Below the pieces are notes generated by a model, which worked only from the letters and a program-made list of their open reading frames with translations, was not told the DNA's origin and made no database searches. From Nitrosomonadaceae bacterium (GTDB lineage: Bacteria; Pseudomonadota; Gammaproteobacteria; Burkholderiales; Nitrosomonadaceae): a DNA stretch of 64,000 nt. Made by a program: the position numbers and the translations under genes. The stretch lies in contig JBAWVG010000002.1 in NCBI GenBank assembly GCA_037147395.1, positions 1,962 through 65,961 of the forward strand. Direction: 5' to 3'. Positions 21,467 through 31,774 of this stretch are shown here, piece by piece; within the stretch, counting starts at the first letter, position 1, and each line of letters begins with the position of its first letter.

Positions 21467-22528
21467 GTGAAATTTGCTACTCACCTAATCCGCTGGCAAC
21501 ACCTCCACGGACGTCACCAACTCCCCTGGCAGAACACGCAAGATCCATACGCCATTTGGCTATCCGAGATCATGCTTCAACAGACCCAAGTGGCCACGGT
21601 TGTACCTTATTACCTGCGATTCTTGCAACAATTTCCCGACATCAACAGCCTCGCATTAGCACCGCTAGACGCTGTTCTCTCGCTATGGAGCGGTCTCGGT
21701 TATTATGCCCGAGGAAGGAATCTGCATCGAGCTGCACAGATGATCGTTGAACAATACAACGGTATATTCCCACGCGACCTTAAGCTCATTCAACAACTCC
21801 CAGGCGTTGGCCGCTCCACCGCCTCCGCCATCGCCGTGTTCGCTTATGGTGAGGAGTGTGCGATTCTTGATGGGAACGTCAAACGCGTGTTTACACGCTA
21901 CTTTGGTATCGATGGCTACCCCGGGGGGAAGGATACTGAGACTCTTCTATGGCGGAAAGCAGAAGAACTGACCCCCAAAAAAAGCAGTGTAGGCCAGATC
22001 CAGACTTACACTCAATCGCTGATGGATCTCGGTGCTACCATCTGCACCCGGAGAAAACCCCAGTGCTCAGTCTGTCCACTCCGGGCCGACTGTGTTGCTC
22101 TCAGAGAGAATCGTGTCGACAAACTGCCCGCCGCTAGGCCACATAAGCTATCACCGCAGAAAGAAATTGTGATGCTGATGATGCTACAACAAGACGAGAT
22201 CTTGCTTCAAAAACGCCCCCTCACCGGTATCTGGGGCGGGTTGTGGTGTCCGCCCGAAATGTCCCTCACCGAAGATACGGATGCCTATTGCCTGCAACAG
22301 TTCAGTCTTAAGGTACGAGTAATGGCAGAACTGCCACCTTTAGATCATAGCTTTACTCATTTCAAATTGCGTATTTATCCCCGCCCGCTGCGCGTCATTT
22401 CACCTATCTCCGTTAACCATAATTATGGATTAATTCGCTTTTCATTTGATGATGCACTGGACGCGGCCATTCCCACACCGGTGCGACGACTCCTGCTGCT
22501 GATGGCCAATAAAAAGGAGACTGCTTAG
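21467..22528 (+). CDS. mutY: A/G-specific adenine DNA glycosylase
   Basis: LPWQNTQDPYAIWLSEIMLQQTQV matches E. coli MutY [24 protein letters not shown]. Fe-S cluster Cys motif CTRRKPQCSVCPLRADC and a C-terminal NUDIX-like domain. GTG start, with no in-frame ATG upstream of the conserved N-terminus. Confidence 0.93.
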   Translation: MKFATHLIRWQHLHGRHQLPWQNTQDPYAIWLSEIMLQQTQVATVVPYYLRFLQQFPDINSLALAPLDAVLSLWSGLGYYARGRNLHRAAQMIVEQYNGIFPRDLKLIQQLPGVGRSTASAIAVFAYGEECAILDGNVKRVFTRYFGIDGYPGGKDTETLLWRKAEELTPKKSSVGQIQTYTQSLMDLGATICTRRKPQCSVCPLRADCVALRENRVDKLPAARPHKLSPQKEIVMLMMLQQDEILLQKRPLTGIWGGLWCPPEMSLTEDTDAYCLQQFSLKVRVMAELPPLDHSFTHFKLRIYPRPLRVISPISVNHNYGLIRFSFDDALDAAIPTPVRRLLLLMANKKETA

Positions 22529-22584
22529 GTTCTCTATCTTGAAACCTCGTTGCCATCTTAGACTAGATTCTTGATTGAGAGTGG

Positions 22585-23244
22585 ATGGCCAACAATATCC
22601 CTGTTATCCTCATAAAAATGAAAGACTGGCAAGAATGGAGAAAACTTAAACGCGCTGAATTGATGCGGTACAGGGAATCAATCACAGCAGAAGACCATCG
22701 CACTTGGAGTGGTGTTATCACCACTACGCTTGAACAATCCTTCCCGCAGCTACAGAGAAGCATTGTGGGATTTTGTTGGCCCTACCGTGGAGAGTGTGAC
22801 CCGCGGCCTGCGATGAATTTCCTGCACGCAATGGGAGCAACACTCGCACTACCTGAAATCTCGGGTGATGATGGGTTACTCCAATTTCGGAAATGGTGGC
22901 CAGAAGCCCCCATGAGAATGGGGGCTTATGCCATCCCCGTTCCAGACAATACCGAGCTGTTGACAGTCGATGCAATCATCATTCCTCTGGTTGGCTTCGA
23001 CCAACAGGGGTATCGGCTCGGTTATGGGGGAGGATACTTCGACCGCATGCTGGCAACTGCAGCTCCACGGCCCTTAACTATTGGCATCGCATTTGAGAAC
23101 TTGAAACTAGACAGCGTACATCCACAGCCACACGATATTGCGATGAATTTTATTGTGACCGAGGCGAGAATCTACCAAGTAACTGATCTTGGACTCGTTG
23201 CAATTTCCAGCGACGAATGTGCAGCGGAGCATCCCCTGAAGTAG
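22585..23244 (+). CDS. 5-formyltetrahydrofolate cyclo-ligase
   Basis: Family motif IIIPLVGFDQQGYRLGYGGGYFDR. ATG at 22585 is preceded by GAGAGTGG; an alternative ATG lies at 22618. Confidence 0.88.
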   Translation: MANNIPVILIKMKDWQEWRKLKRAELMRYRESITAEDHRTWSGVITTTLEQSFPQLQRSIVGFCWPYRGECDPRPAMNFLHAMGATLALPEISGDDGLLQFRKWWPEAPMRMGAYAIPVPDNTELLTVDAIIIPLVGFDQQGYRLGYGGGYFDRMLATAAPRPLTIGIAFENLKLDSVHPQPHDIAMNFIVTEARIYQVTDLGLVAISSDECAAEHPLK

Positions 23245-23250
23245 GCAAGA

Positions 23251-23862
23251 CTACTCTTCACCCCAGCGTGGCATCAGCGTATGAGGGATGCCTAAATGAT
23301 CGAGGGTGCGGGCCACGATAAAATCTACTACTTCCTGCACTGTCTCTGGATGATGATAAAACCCCGGATTGGCTGGCAGAATGACTGCACCACTGCGTGC
23401 AAGCTTCAGCATATTTTCTAAATGGATCACCGAGAATGGTGTCTCGCGCGGCACCAGAATGAGCTTGCGATTCTCTTTCAGCATCACGTCCGCCGCACGC
23501 TCGATCAAATTCTGACTCAATCCTGCAGCAATAGCAGCCATCGTCCCCATCGTGCAAGGGCAGACCACCATGGCATCTGCGGGGTTCGATCCGGAGGCCA
23601 CTGGTGCAAACCATTCCTCGCGTCCGAATACTCGGAGCTGCCCTTCAGTCGCATTGAATCGTTGGCTGAACAACTGCTCCACTTCCTTTGCACGCGACGG
23701 CAATGCCAACTTCATTTCCTGCTGTGCAACGATCTGCGCCACTTGAGAGTACAAAAGATAGACGCGGTTCCCGCTTTTCAGCAACATCTCCAGTAAGCGG
23801 ATGCCATACGGCATTCCCGAAGCACCGGTGTATGCCAGTGTAATAGTCAGCGGTGAATTCAT
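23251..23862 (-). CDS. ubiX: Flavin prenyltransferase UbiX
   Basis: ITLAYTGASGMPYGIRLLEML matches the UbiX/Pad1 N-terminus, and the PCTMGTMAAIA motif is present. ATG at 23862; the ORF track uses TTG at 23898. Confidence 0.93.
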   Translation of the reverse strand: MNSPLTITLAYTGASGMPYGIRLLEMLLKSGNRVYLLYSQVAQIVAQQEMKLALPSRAKEVEQLFSQRFNATEGQLRVFGREEWFAPVASGSNPADAMVVCPCTMGTMAAIAAGLSQNLIERAADVMLKENRKLILVPRETPFSVIHLENMLKLARSGAVILPANPGFYHHPETVQEVVDFIVARTLDHLGIPHTLMPRWGEE

Positions 23863-23967
23863 GGTCGCTCTATTGGGTTCGTATTGATACGGCGTCAAGT
23901 TAACTATTAATGTAACACTGGCACGATATCCATGCCCTGTTTACATTCATTTCACAGTGTAATCTCC

Positions 23968-24807
23968 TCAACTGTTCAAATCTCTGTGTCGTACTAACAC
24001 CTGGTTCTCAGCAATGAAGTACCTGGCCAGACGTTCTACGAAATATACCGACCGGTGGCGCCCACCTGTACAACCAATTGCAATGGTCAGGTAGTTCCGA
24101 TTATCACGGACAAAGCACGGTAGCCATTTATCAACAAAACCCCGTACATCATCAAACATATTGTTTACGTTACGGTCTGAGGTCAGGAACTCGATCACTT
24201 CTGGGTCCCTGCCCGTCAGAGACCGCAAATGATCCTCGTAGTGAGGGTTTGGGAGACAACGCACGTCAAACATCATATCAGCATCTAGTGGTACTCCATT
24301 CTTGAAACCGAACGATTGAAAAAGCAGCGTCAATCGTGCACGATCGAGGCCGATAAAATCCTTAATCCATAGGTGTAGCGTGTTGGCACTCAAATCGCTC
24401 GTATCGATTCGATGCGCTAGCTCGTGGATATCTTTCAGCATTTCCCGCTCAGACTGGATGCATTCAAGCAGGGTCAGGTGATCGTCATTCAGCGGGTGCC
24501 TGCGACGAGTTTCTGAAAAACGCCTTACCAGAACATCGGTTCTGGTCTCTAGAAAGAGCAATCGTACATCCATCTGCTGCTCTCGCAAAGCAGCCAACTG
24601 CTGCGGTAACAGGTGAAGAGTCTCTCTACTACGAGCATCAATACTCACCGCTACACGAGCGTGCCCAGATTGCTTTAGATATATCGTGACCTGTTGCAGC
24701 AGGTTAGCCGGGAGATTGTCCACGCAGTAATAACCGCAGTCCTCCAACACGGAAAGGGCGATGCTCTTACCTGAACCGGCAAGACCACTGATCGCGATTA
24801 GCTGCAT
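23968..24807 (-). CDS. rapZ: RNase adapter protein RapZ (YhbJ family P-loop NTPase)
   Basis: [23 protein letters not shown] matches E. coli RapZ [23 protein letters not shown]. C-terminal [11 protein letters not shown] motif. ATG at 24807; the ORF track uses GTG at 24858. Confidence 0.92.
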   Translation of the reverse strand: MQLIAISGLAGSGKSIALSVLEDCGYYCVDNLPANLLQQVTIYLKQSGHARVAVSIDARSRETLHLLPQQLAALREQQMDVRLLFLETRTDVLVRRFSETRRRHPLNDDHLTLLECIQSEREMLKDIHELAHRIDTSDLSANTLHLWIKDFIGLDRARLTLLFQSFGFKNGVPLDADMMFDVRCLPNPHYEDHLRSLTGRDPEVIEFLTSDRNVNNMFDDVRGFVDKWLPCFVRDNRNYLTIAIGCTGGRHRSVYFVERLARYFIAENQVLVRHRDLNS

Positions 24808-24893
24808 CTTTCTGAAGACATGAAATAGTGAGCGAGCACTCACTGCAATTTTTGACACTCCCTACAACTCATTGCTGCAGGGAGTGAGAAGGG

Positions 24894-27305
24894 TTAATGC
24901 TTAATTACAACACCAGCAACTTTGTCATCCACCACCGCAGGCAGTGGCGCGGTCGCGTTGACATCAGGGAGTGCTTCGGGTTTCCGTTCAAGGGCCAGAT
25001 CAAGTACCTGGTCTATCCACTTAACGGGCTGGATGTCCAACCGGTTCTTGATATTTTCAGGTATCTCGGCAAGATCTTTAACGTTTTCTTCTGGAATTAA
25101 TACGATCTTGATCCCACCGCGGTGCGCTGCCAGCAATTTCTCTTTGAGCCCACCAATGGCCAATACCTCGCCTCTCAGGGTGATCTCTCCGGTCATTGCT
25201 ACATTGGCACGCACCGGGATTCCCGTCAGCGCAGAGACGAGTGCCGTGGTCATGGCGACACCGGCTGAAGGTCCATCCTTCGGTGTCGCTCCCTCTGGTA
25301 CGTGTACGTGTATATCGGTCTTCTCGAAGGTATCGTCCTTGATTCCAAGTCGACCAGCGCGTGCGCGCACGACTGAGCGGGCAGCCTCCACTGATTCCTT
25401 CATCACATCACCGAGAGAACCGGTACGCAGGATATTTCCCTTGCCCGGCAGTACTACCGCCTCGATGGTCAGTAACTCACCTCCGACTTCGGTCCAGGCC
25501 AAGCCGGTAACCTGTCCAACCTGATTCTTTTCCTCGGCAACTCCATATGTATAACGCCGTACCCCTAAGTATTTTTCTAGGTTACGCGAAGTGATCATGA
25601 TCTTTTTATGATCCTCCTTAAGCAGCAGCGCCTTCACAACCTTACGACAGATTTTAGAAATTTCTCGCTCCATCGCCCGAACCCCAGCCTCGCGAGTGTA
25701 ATAACGGGTGATATCACGAAGCGCAGAACTGTTCACCGCCAACTCGTCCTCTTTCAGGCCATGACTCTTCATCTGCTTCGGCAGCAGGTAACGAGTCGCA
25801 ATGTTGAGCTTCTCATCTTCGGTATAACCTGACAACCGGATCACTTCCATACGGTCCAGCAGCGCTGCCGGTATATTCAACGTATTCGCAGTTGCAACAA
25901 ACATCACATCGGATAAGTCATACTCAACCTCGATGTAATGATCCACAAATGAGTCATTCTGCTCTGGATCAAGCACTTCTAATAATGCAGAGGACGGATC
26001 GCCACGGAAGTCCATTCCCATCTTGTCCACTTCATCCAGTAGGAAGAGTGGGTTCTTAACGCCTACCTTGGTCATATTTTGTAAAATCTTGCCCGGCATC
26101 GAACCAATATAAGTGCGGCGGTGACCCCGTATCTCCGCTTCGTCGCGTACCCCTCCCAGAGACATACGAACAAACTTGCGGTTGGTGGCCCGTGCAATGG
26201 ATTGCCCTAATGAGGTCTTTCCCACACCTGGTGGGCCCACCAGACAGAGTATCGGTGCCTTCAGCTTGTCCACACGTTGCTGCACAGCAAGATACTCAAC
26301 GATGCGTTCCTTAACCTTATCCAGACCATAATGATCCTTCTCAAGTACTGTCTCGGCGGCATGCAAATCCTTACTGATTTTACTTTTCTTCTTCCACGGC
26401 AAAGCAACCAGTGAGTCGATGTAGTTCCGAACCACAGTAGCTTCAGCCGACATGGGTGACATCAAGCGCAGCTTCTTCAGCTCTGCTTCCGCCTTAGTGC
26501 GACCCTCTTTGGACATCTGAGCAGACCTGATCTTCTTGTCGATCTCTTCCAGATCAGCCCCATCCTCACCCTCGCCCAACTCCTTCTGGATGGCCTTTAC
26601 CTGCTCATTCAGATAGTAGTCGCGTTGACTCTTCTCCATTTGACGCTTGACTCTTCCGCGGATGCGTTTTTCCACCTGGAGTATGTCGAGCTCAGTTTCA
26701 AGTAACCCCAACAGATGCTCCAAACGTTTCGGCACATCGAATATCTCCAGCACCTCTTGCTTCTGCTCAAGTTTGAGCGGCAGATGTGCCGCAATGGTAT
26801 CAGCCAGTCGCCCAGCCTCATCAATGCCGCTGAGCGAGGTCAGAATTTCAGGTGGAATTTTCTTATTGAGTTTCACATACTGATCAAACTGCGCCAACAT
26901 GGCACGACGCATCGCTTCAACCTCATGACCATCAATCTCATCCGGAGGAAGCAACACAGCCTGTCCAGTAAAATGTGTATCAGCATCAATCACATTCAGG
27001 ATGCGGGCGCGTCGACTACCCTCTACAAGAACCTTGACCGTACCATCCGGCAACTTGAGCATTTGCAATAGATTAGCGATACTGCACACACTGTAAAGAT
27101 CTTCGGGAGATGGGTCGTCCTTGGCAGCAGATCTCTGAGCCACCAGAAGGATACTCTTGCCGGACTCCATAGCAGTCTCTAACGCTTGGATTGATTTTGG
27201 CCGTCCGACAAACAGAGGCATCACCATATGCGGGAATACCACTACATCGCGCAGTGGCAACAATGGCAGCAGAACTTGGTTGGGATTACTAACGGAGCTA
27301 GACAT
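24894..27305 (-). CDS. lon: ATP-dependent endopeptidase Lon
   Basis: 803 aa. Walker [10 protein letters not shown] and the proteolytic-site motif [17 protein letters not shown]. Follows clpX as in E. coli. Confidence 0.98.
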   Translation of the reverse strand: MSSSVSNPNQVLLPLLPLRDVVVFPHMVMPLFVGRPKSIQALETAMESGKSILLVAQRSAAKDDPSPEDLYSVCSIANLLQMLKLPDGTVKVLVEGSRRARILNVIDADTHFTGQAVLLPPDEIDGHEVEAMRRAMLAQFDQYVKLNKKIPPEILTSLSGIDEAGRLADTIAAHLPLKLEQKQEVLEIFDVPKRLEHLLGLLETELDILQVEKRIRGRVKRQMEKSQRDYYLNEQVKAIQKELGEGEDGADLEEIDKKIRSAQMSKEGRTKAEAELKKLRLMSPMSAEATVVRNYIDSLVALPWKKKSKISKDLHAAETVLEKDHYGLDKVKERIVEYLAVQQRVDKLKAPILCLVGPPGVGKTSLGQSIARATNRKFVRMSLGGVRDEAEIRGHRRTYIGSMPGKILQNMTKVGVKNPLFLLDEVDKMGMDFRGDPSSALLEVLDPEQNDSFVDHYIEVEYDLSDVMFVATANTLNIPAALLDRMEVIRLSGYTEDEKLNIATRYLLPKQMKSHGLKEDELAVNSSALRDITRYYTREAGVRAMEREISKICRKVVKALLLKEDHKKIMITSRNLEKYLGVRRYTYGVAEEKNQVGQVTGLAWTEVGGELLTIEAVVLPGKGNILRTGSLGDVMKESVEAARSVVRARAGRLGIKDDTFEKTDIHVHVPEGATPKDGPSAGVAMTTALVSALTGIPVRANVAMTGEITLRGEVLAIGGLKEKLLAAHRGGIKIVLIPEENVKDLAEIPENIKNRLDIQPVKWIDQVLDLALERKPEALPDVNATAPLPAVVDDKVAGVVIKH

Positions 27306-27338
27306 GTCGGCTCACCTATAAAAGTCTAATAAAAACAT

Positions 27339-27365
27339 TATTGGGGTGCCATATAAAAATTCAAG
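27339..27365 (-). promoter_or_regulatory. Putative sigma32 (heat-shock) promoter of lon
   Basis: The minus strand reads CTTGAA-N13-CCCCAATA. That compares with the E. coli sigma32 consensus CTTGAA-N13/14-CCCCATnT and the groE promoter, which has the same 13-nt spacing. The -10 element ends about 34 nt upstream of the lon ATG. Confidence 0.55.
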
Positions 27366-27395
27366 CCGATGCGGCCGACGGCATCAATACCGTGG

Positions 27396-28673
27396 TTAGG
27401 AGCTCTTGGCGACCTTGTGCTGATCAGAGTAAATTAGAATTGGCTTGATATCACCACCAACCGAACCATGATCAATCACTACCTTGACGACATTATCCAG
27501 TGATGGCAGATCGTACATCGTGTCCAGCAGGGTGCTTTCTAGGATTGAACGTAGCCCACGCGCACCCGTCTTGCGTGCAAGTGCCTTCTTGGCAATGGCC
27601 TTGAGTGCCTGCTCACGAAACTCCAGATCAACGCCACCTTCCATACTAAACATTTTTTGGTACTGCTTCGTAAGCGCATTCTTAGGCTCAGTCAGTATCT
27701 GAATCAGGGCCGACTCATCCAACTCATTCAGTGTCGCGACCACCGGCAGGCGTCCGACAAATTCTGGAATCAGGCCGTACTTGATAAGATCTTCCGGTTC
27801 CACGCCTCGTAGCACCTCCCCGATTCCCTTACGATCATCTCGGCTCTTCACATCTGCACCAAAGCCTATGCCACCCTTCTCGGTCCGAGCGCGTATTAAT
27901 TTATCGAGGCCATCGAATGCCCCCCCACAAATAAACAGGATATTTGTGGTATCTACCTGTACGAACTCCTGATTAGGGTGCTTACGTCCACCCTGGGGCG
28001 GCACCGATGCAACCGTACCCTCAATCAACTTCAAGAGTGCCTGCTGTACTCCCTCGCCAGAAACATCGCGGGTAATCGACGGGTTATCCGACTTGCGTGA
28101 GATCTTGTCGATCTCATCGATATAGACGATACCCTGCTGAGCCTTCTCAGCATCATAATCACACTTCTGAAGTAACTTCTGGATGATATTTTCAACATCC
28201 TCTCCGACATAGCCCGCTTCGGTCAGGGTGGTTGCATCAGCCATTACAAATGGCACGTTTAGCAAACGTGCCAGCGTTTGTGCCAATAACGTCTTGCCAG
28301 AACCGGTTGGGCCGATCAGTAGAATATTACTTTTAGCCAACTCGATGTCGTCAGCATCGCCAGCCTTGTTCAGATTACGCAATCGCTTGTAGTGGTTGTA
28401 TACAGCGACTGCGAGGATTTTTTTTGCGGGTTCCTGACCAATTACATACTGATCCAGAATCTGGCAGATTTCATGTGGTACCGGCAGGTCTGACTTGGTC
28501 AGCTTAACGGCCTCAGCACCCTGTATCTCCTCACGAATGATATCGTTACAAAGTTCAATGCATTCGTCGCAGATGAATACTGACGGCCCAGCAATGAGTT
28601 TCTTTACTTCGTGCTGACTCTTGCCACAGAAGGAACAATAAAGAAGTTTCTCGCCACCAATTTTGTCTGACAT
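27396..28673 (-). CDS. clpX: ATP-dependent Clp protease ATP-binding subunit ClpX
   Basis: N-terminal zinc-binding CSFCGKSQ...CDEC, Walker A GPTGSGKT, and the IGFG pore/ClpP-docking loop. ATG at 28673; the ORF track uses TTG at 28700. Confidence 0.98.
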   Translation of the reverse strand: MSDKIGGEKLLYCSFCGKSQHEVKKLIAGPSVFICDECIELCNDIIREEIQGAEAVKLTKSDLPVPHEICQILDQYVIGQEPAKKILAVAVYNHYKRLRNLNKAGDADDIELAKSNILLIGPTGSGKTLLAQTLARLLNVPFVMADATTLTEAGYVGEDVENIIQKLLQKCDYDAEKAQQGIVYIDEIDKISRKSDNPSITRDVSGEGVQQALLKLIEGTVASVPPQGGRKHPNQEFVQVDTTNILFICGGAFDGLDKLIRARTEKGGIGFGADVKSRDDRKGIGEVLRGVEPEDLIKYGLIPEFVGRLPVVATLNELDESALIQILTEPKNALTKQYQKMFSMEGGVDLEFREQALKAIAKKALARKTGARGLRSILESTLLDTMYDLPSLDNVVKVVIDHGSVGGDIKPILIYSDQHKVAKSS

Positions 28674-28776
28674 AATTTTATTCCGCCTTATCCGGGCCAA
28701 AGCGCCCGTAATTCGTTAGCAGCCTGTCGAAAATTAAAATTAGTTATATTCTTTGACCCAAACCCTGCTCAGCTCT

Positions 28777-29421
28777 TCAGACCGGATTTATTTCTCTATT
28801 GGCCAAGACCGAATCGACCAAGCCATATTTTACCGACTCCTCCGCGCTAAGAAAATTATCACGGTCCGTATCTTTTCCAATTGTTTCTATCGTTTGACCT
28901 GTATGCTTCGCCAAAATTTCATTCAGCCGACTCTTTAGAAATAGAATTTCCCTGGCATGAATCTCGATGTCAGAGGCCTGTCCTTGAAAGCCACCCATGG
29001 GCTGATGAATCATGACTCGCGAATTGGGTAGGCAAAAACGTTTGCCATTTGCTCCTGCTGCCAATAAAAGGGAGCCCATACTCGCAGCCTGACCGATACA
29101 TAGCGTACTAACATCGGGCTTAATATATTGCATGGTATCGTAAATCGCCATCCCGGCTGACACTACCCCACCGGGGGAATTGATATAAAGATGGATATCC
29201 TTATCGGAATTTTCCGATTCTAAGAATAGCAACTGCGCCACAATCAGATTAGCAGAAGTCTCGGTAACCGCTCCCACTAGAAAGATCACCCTCTCTTTCA
29301 ACAAGCGGGAATAGATATCGTAAGCGCGCTCGCCCCGTCCGCTGGTTTCGATCACCATTGGAATCAGACCCAAGTTCTTTGGCTCTTGGTTACGTTGCTC
29401 CCAATCAAGCTGTTGTATCAT
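28777..29421 (-). CDS. clpP: ATP-dependent Clp protease proteolytic subunit
   Basis: [23 protein letters not shown] matches E. coli ClpP [23 protein letters not shown]. Catalytic-Ser context GQAASMG. Confidence 0.98.
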   Translation of the reverse strand: MIQQLDWEQRNQEPKNLGLIPMVIETSGRGERAYDIYSRLLKERVIFLVGAVTETSANLIVAQLLFLESENSDKDIHLYINSPGGVVSAGMAIYDTMQYIKPDVSTLCIGQAASMGSLLLAAGANGKRFCLPNSRVMIHQPMGGFQGQASDIEIHAREILFLKSRLNEILAKHTGQTIETIGKDTDRDNFLSAEESVKYGLVDSVLANREINPV

Positions 29422-29422
29422 A

Positions 29423-30727
29423 TTAAGATTTTCCCATCAGTTCGTCAAAAGTTACTGGCTTGTCTACCGACGCAACTTTTTCTAGCACCCATGCCACCAC
29501 ATTGTCTTCTAGAACTGCTGATTCAATTTCACTAAGCCTTTCCGGTGAGGAGTAATGCCAATTGACGACCTCACCCGGATTCTCATAACTCTGAGCTAAA
29601 TCCTCCACCACCCCACGCACCTGTTCAGGATCGGCCTGCAACTTTTGAACCTTTACCAATTCTGCTAGTATCAATCCCAGGTTCACTCGGCGTTGCGCCT
29701 GCTCTTGGAATAGCTCAGAGGGCAAGGAAATATCCGTAGTCTTCATGCCCCGAGCCTCTAGGTCCCTACGTGCATCCTGCATCAACCGGGCCCTCTCCTG
29801 CTCTACCAGGACCTTAGGCGCATCAATCTTAGTGGTATCAAGCAGTGCTTGCATCACCTGTGATTTAATTCTCGCCTTTTTCCGTTTGGTGATCTCCCTC
29901 TCAAGATTGATCTGGATCTCTCCGCGCATTTTTTCGACATCACCGTCGGCAACACCCAACGATTTAGCAAATTCGGCATTTACTTCTGGCAGTTCAGGTG
30001 CTTCTACTGAGTTAAGCTTCACCACAAAAGTCGCAATCTTTCCTGCCACATCCTTGCCATGATAGTCCGCCGGGAAGGTTACCTCAAATGTTTTGCTCTG
30101 ATCCGCGACCATACCAATCAACGGCCCCTCAAAATCTTTAAGCAGCCGACCCTCACCCAACACTAAGGAAAAGCCCTCGGCTTTACCCCCGGCGAATTCC
30201 ACACCATCAATCGTCCCACTATAATCGATACTGACTCGATCACCTTCGTTTGCTTGGCGCTCTACCGACTGATACTTAACCCTCTGCTTACGCACCACCT
30301 CCAGAGTCTTGTCAATATCGGCGGGAATAACATTAACTACGGGCTGCTCGATACTGACCCCACTCAAGTCTCCCAATACCACATCAGGATAGACCTCAAA
30401 GGTTGCGCTGAATTCAAATTCGGAGGTGTTTCCTGTTGTCGTTTTCGGCTCGAAATGAGGGGATCCTACCAGCCGTAGTTTCTGCTCTCGCACGGCCTCG
30501 CTAAAGCTTTTCTGTAACACATCGCCAAGTACCTCCTGACGTACCTGCGGGCCATACTGCTGCTGGACAATATGTAACGGTACCCTGCCAGGACGAAAGC
30601 CCGGCACTTTCGCCGTGCGCGCAAGACGTTTCAGGCGACTTTCCATCTCCGTCTCGATTGCTTCATGAGGAACTGAAACACTCAGACGGCGCTCCAGTCC
30701 ACCTATGTTTTCTACATTCGATTGCAT
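29423..30727 (-). CDS. tig: Trigger factor
   Basis: 434 aa. Ribosome-binding signature GFRPGRVP and a central FKBP-type PPIase region. Sits 1 nt upstream of clpP. Confidence 0.97.
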   Translation of the reverse strand: MQSNVENIGGLERRLSVSVPHEAIETEMESRLKRLARTAKVPGFRPGRVPLHIVQQQYGPQVRQEVLGDVLQKSFSEAVREQKLRLVGSPHFEPKTTTGNTSEFEFSATFEVYPDVVLGDLSGVSIEQPVVNVIPADIDKTLEVVRKQRVKYQSVERQANEGDRVSIDYSGTIDGVEFAGGKAEGFSLVLGEGRLLKDFEGPLIGMVADQSKTFEVTFPADYHGKDVAGKIATFVVKLNSVEAPELPEVNAEFAKSLGVADGDVEKMRGEIQINLEREITKRKKARIKSQVMQALLDTTKIDAPKVLVEQERARLMQDARRDLEARGMKTTDISLPSELFQEQAQRRVNLGLILAELVKVQKLQADPEQVRGVVEDLAQSYENPGEVVNWHYSSPERLSEIESAVLEDNVVAWVLEKVASVDKPVTFDELMGKS

Positions 30728-30828
30728 TATATTTCCCAGCTGATTGATTACTCATACAACGTCACAACGACCAGAGAAGAGCGCGGCAGTTTATTGCGCG
30801 CAATACCGCTTTACAAGCTGCAGCTCCC

Positions 30829-30915
<87 letters not shown>

Positions 30916-30972
30916 GACATCGATTAATTATACCTTCTTATCCCCTTCATCGCAGCCTTACCCGGTAGAGCC

Positions 30973-31725
30973 CTAACAGAAGAAGGTCTCGCCACTAACC
31001 CCTTTGCTATCTGGCCCTATGAGATACAGGTAAGGCGTCATCAGATCATGCGGCTGGGGCAGATTATGCTTAGCCTCTCCGGGGTGGGTCTTGCTACGTT
31101 GGGGGGTGTGTGCCGGCCCTGGAATTAAGGTATTGATACGCAGATTCGGTAGTATTTCCCACTCCTGCGCCTGAATTTTTACCAGCGCCTCCACCCCCGC
31201 CTTAGCTACTGCAAAACCACCCCAATACGCAGCCGGGGCATGTCCATGAGCATCCGAGGTCATGACAACACTAGCATCAGCAGCCATTTTCAATAGCGGT
31301 AAACATGCTCTCGTCAGCGAGAAAGGTGCAGCTAGGTTGACTCGCAGCATGGTCAGCCATTGTTCAAGCGTCTGATTCGCCAGTGGGGCCAAACCAAAAA
31401 CCAGTGCTGCATTGTGTAGTATCCCATCCAGTCTCCCTAATTGCAGTTTGATGGACTGAGCCAGTTCGGCAAAATCTTGATCCGTGGCCTTCTCAAGGTC
31501 AAGCGGGAAAATCGCGGCCTGCGCCCCTCCTAAAGCCTCGATCTCATCATAGACGGTTTCTAACTTTTCGACCTTTCGTCCATGCAAGATAACAGTGGCA
31601 CCATGAGCCGCATAGGCAAGGGCTGCGGCACGGCCCATGCCCTGACCTGCACCCGTGATCAGAATGACGCGGTCCTTGAGCAGATCTTTTGGTGCTTGGT
31701 ATTTTGTCAAGTTACTCATCGTCAT
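30973..31725 (-). CDS. yciK: YciK-like short-chain dehydrogenase/reductase
   Basis: YQAPKDLLKDRVILITGAGQGMGRAAALAYAAHGATVILHGR matches E. coli YciK YQPKQDLLNDRIILVTGASDGIGREAAMTYARYGATVILLGR. Start is ambiguous (GTG 31737, ATG 31725 or ATG 31719). Confidence 0.85.
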   Translation of the reverse strand: MTMSNLTKYQAPKDLLKDRVILITGAGQGMGRAAALAYAAHGATVILHGRKVEKLETVYDEIEALGGAQAAIFPLDLEKATDQDFAELAQSIKLQLGRLDGILHNAALVFGLAPLANQTLEQWLTMLRVNLAAPFSLTRACLPLLKMAADASVVMTSDAHGHAPAAYWGGFAVAKAGVEALVKIQAQEWEILPNLRINTLIPGPAHTPQRSKTHPGEAKHNLPQPHDLMTPYLYLIGPDSKGVSGETFFC

Positions 31726-31774
31726 GGAGTCCGCCACAGTGAGGGGAAATTTTTAACTGGGGGGGACCCTGAGG

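Noticed and set aside
21328-21750. 140-aa ORF covering tRNA-Gly and the mutY 5' end
   Set aside because: It reads straight through a well-folded tRNA gene and runs out of frame with the clearly homologous mutY reading frame.
22529-22617. 6S RNA (ssrS), which is often found immediately upstream of the 5-formyltetrahydrofolate cyclo-ligase gene
   Set aside because: The non-coding gap between mutY and the cyclo-ligase gene is only 56-89 nt depending on start choice. That is far too short for a ~180-nt 6S RNA, so ssrS must lie elsewhere.
24922-25524. 200-aa ORF on the plus strand, antisense to the lon proteolytic domain
   Set aside because: It is fully embedded in a very well-supported gene. 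The product is low-complexity and rich in Ser, Ala, Arg, Thr and Pro, as expected from reading a codon-biased gene backwards. I found no Shine-Dalgarno and recognise no motif.
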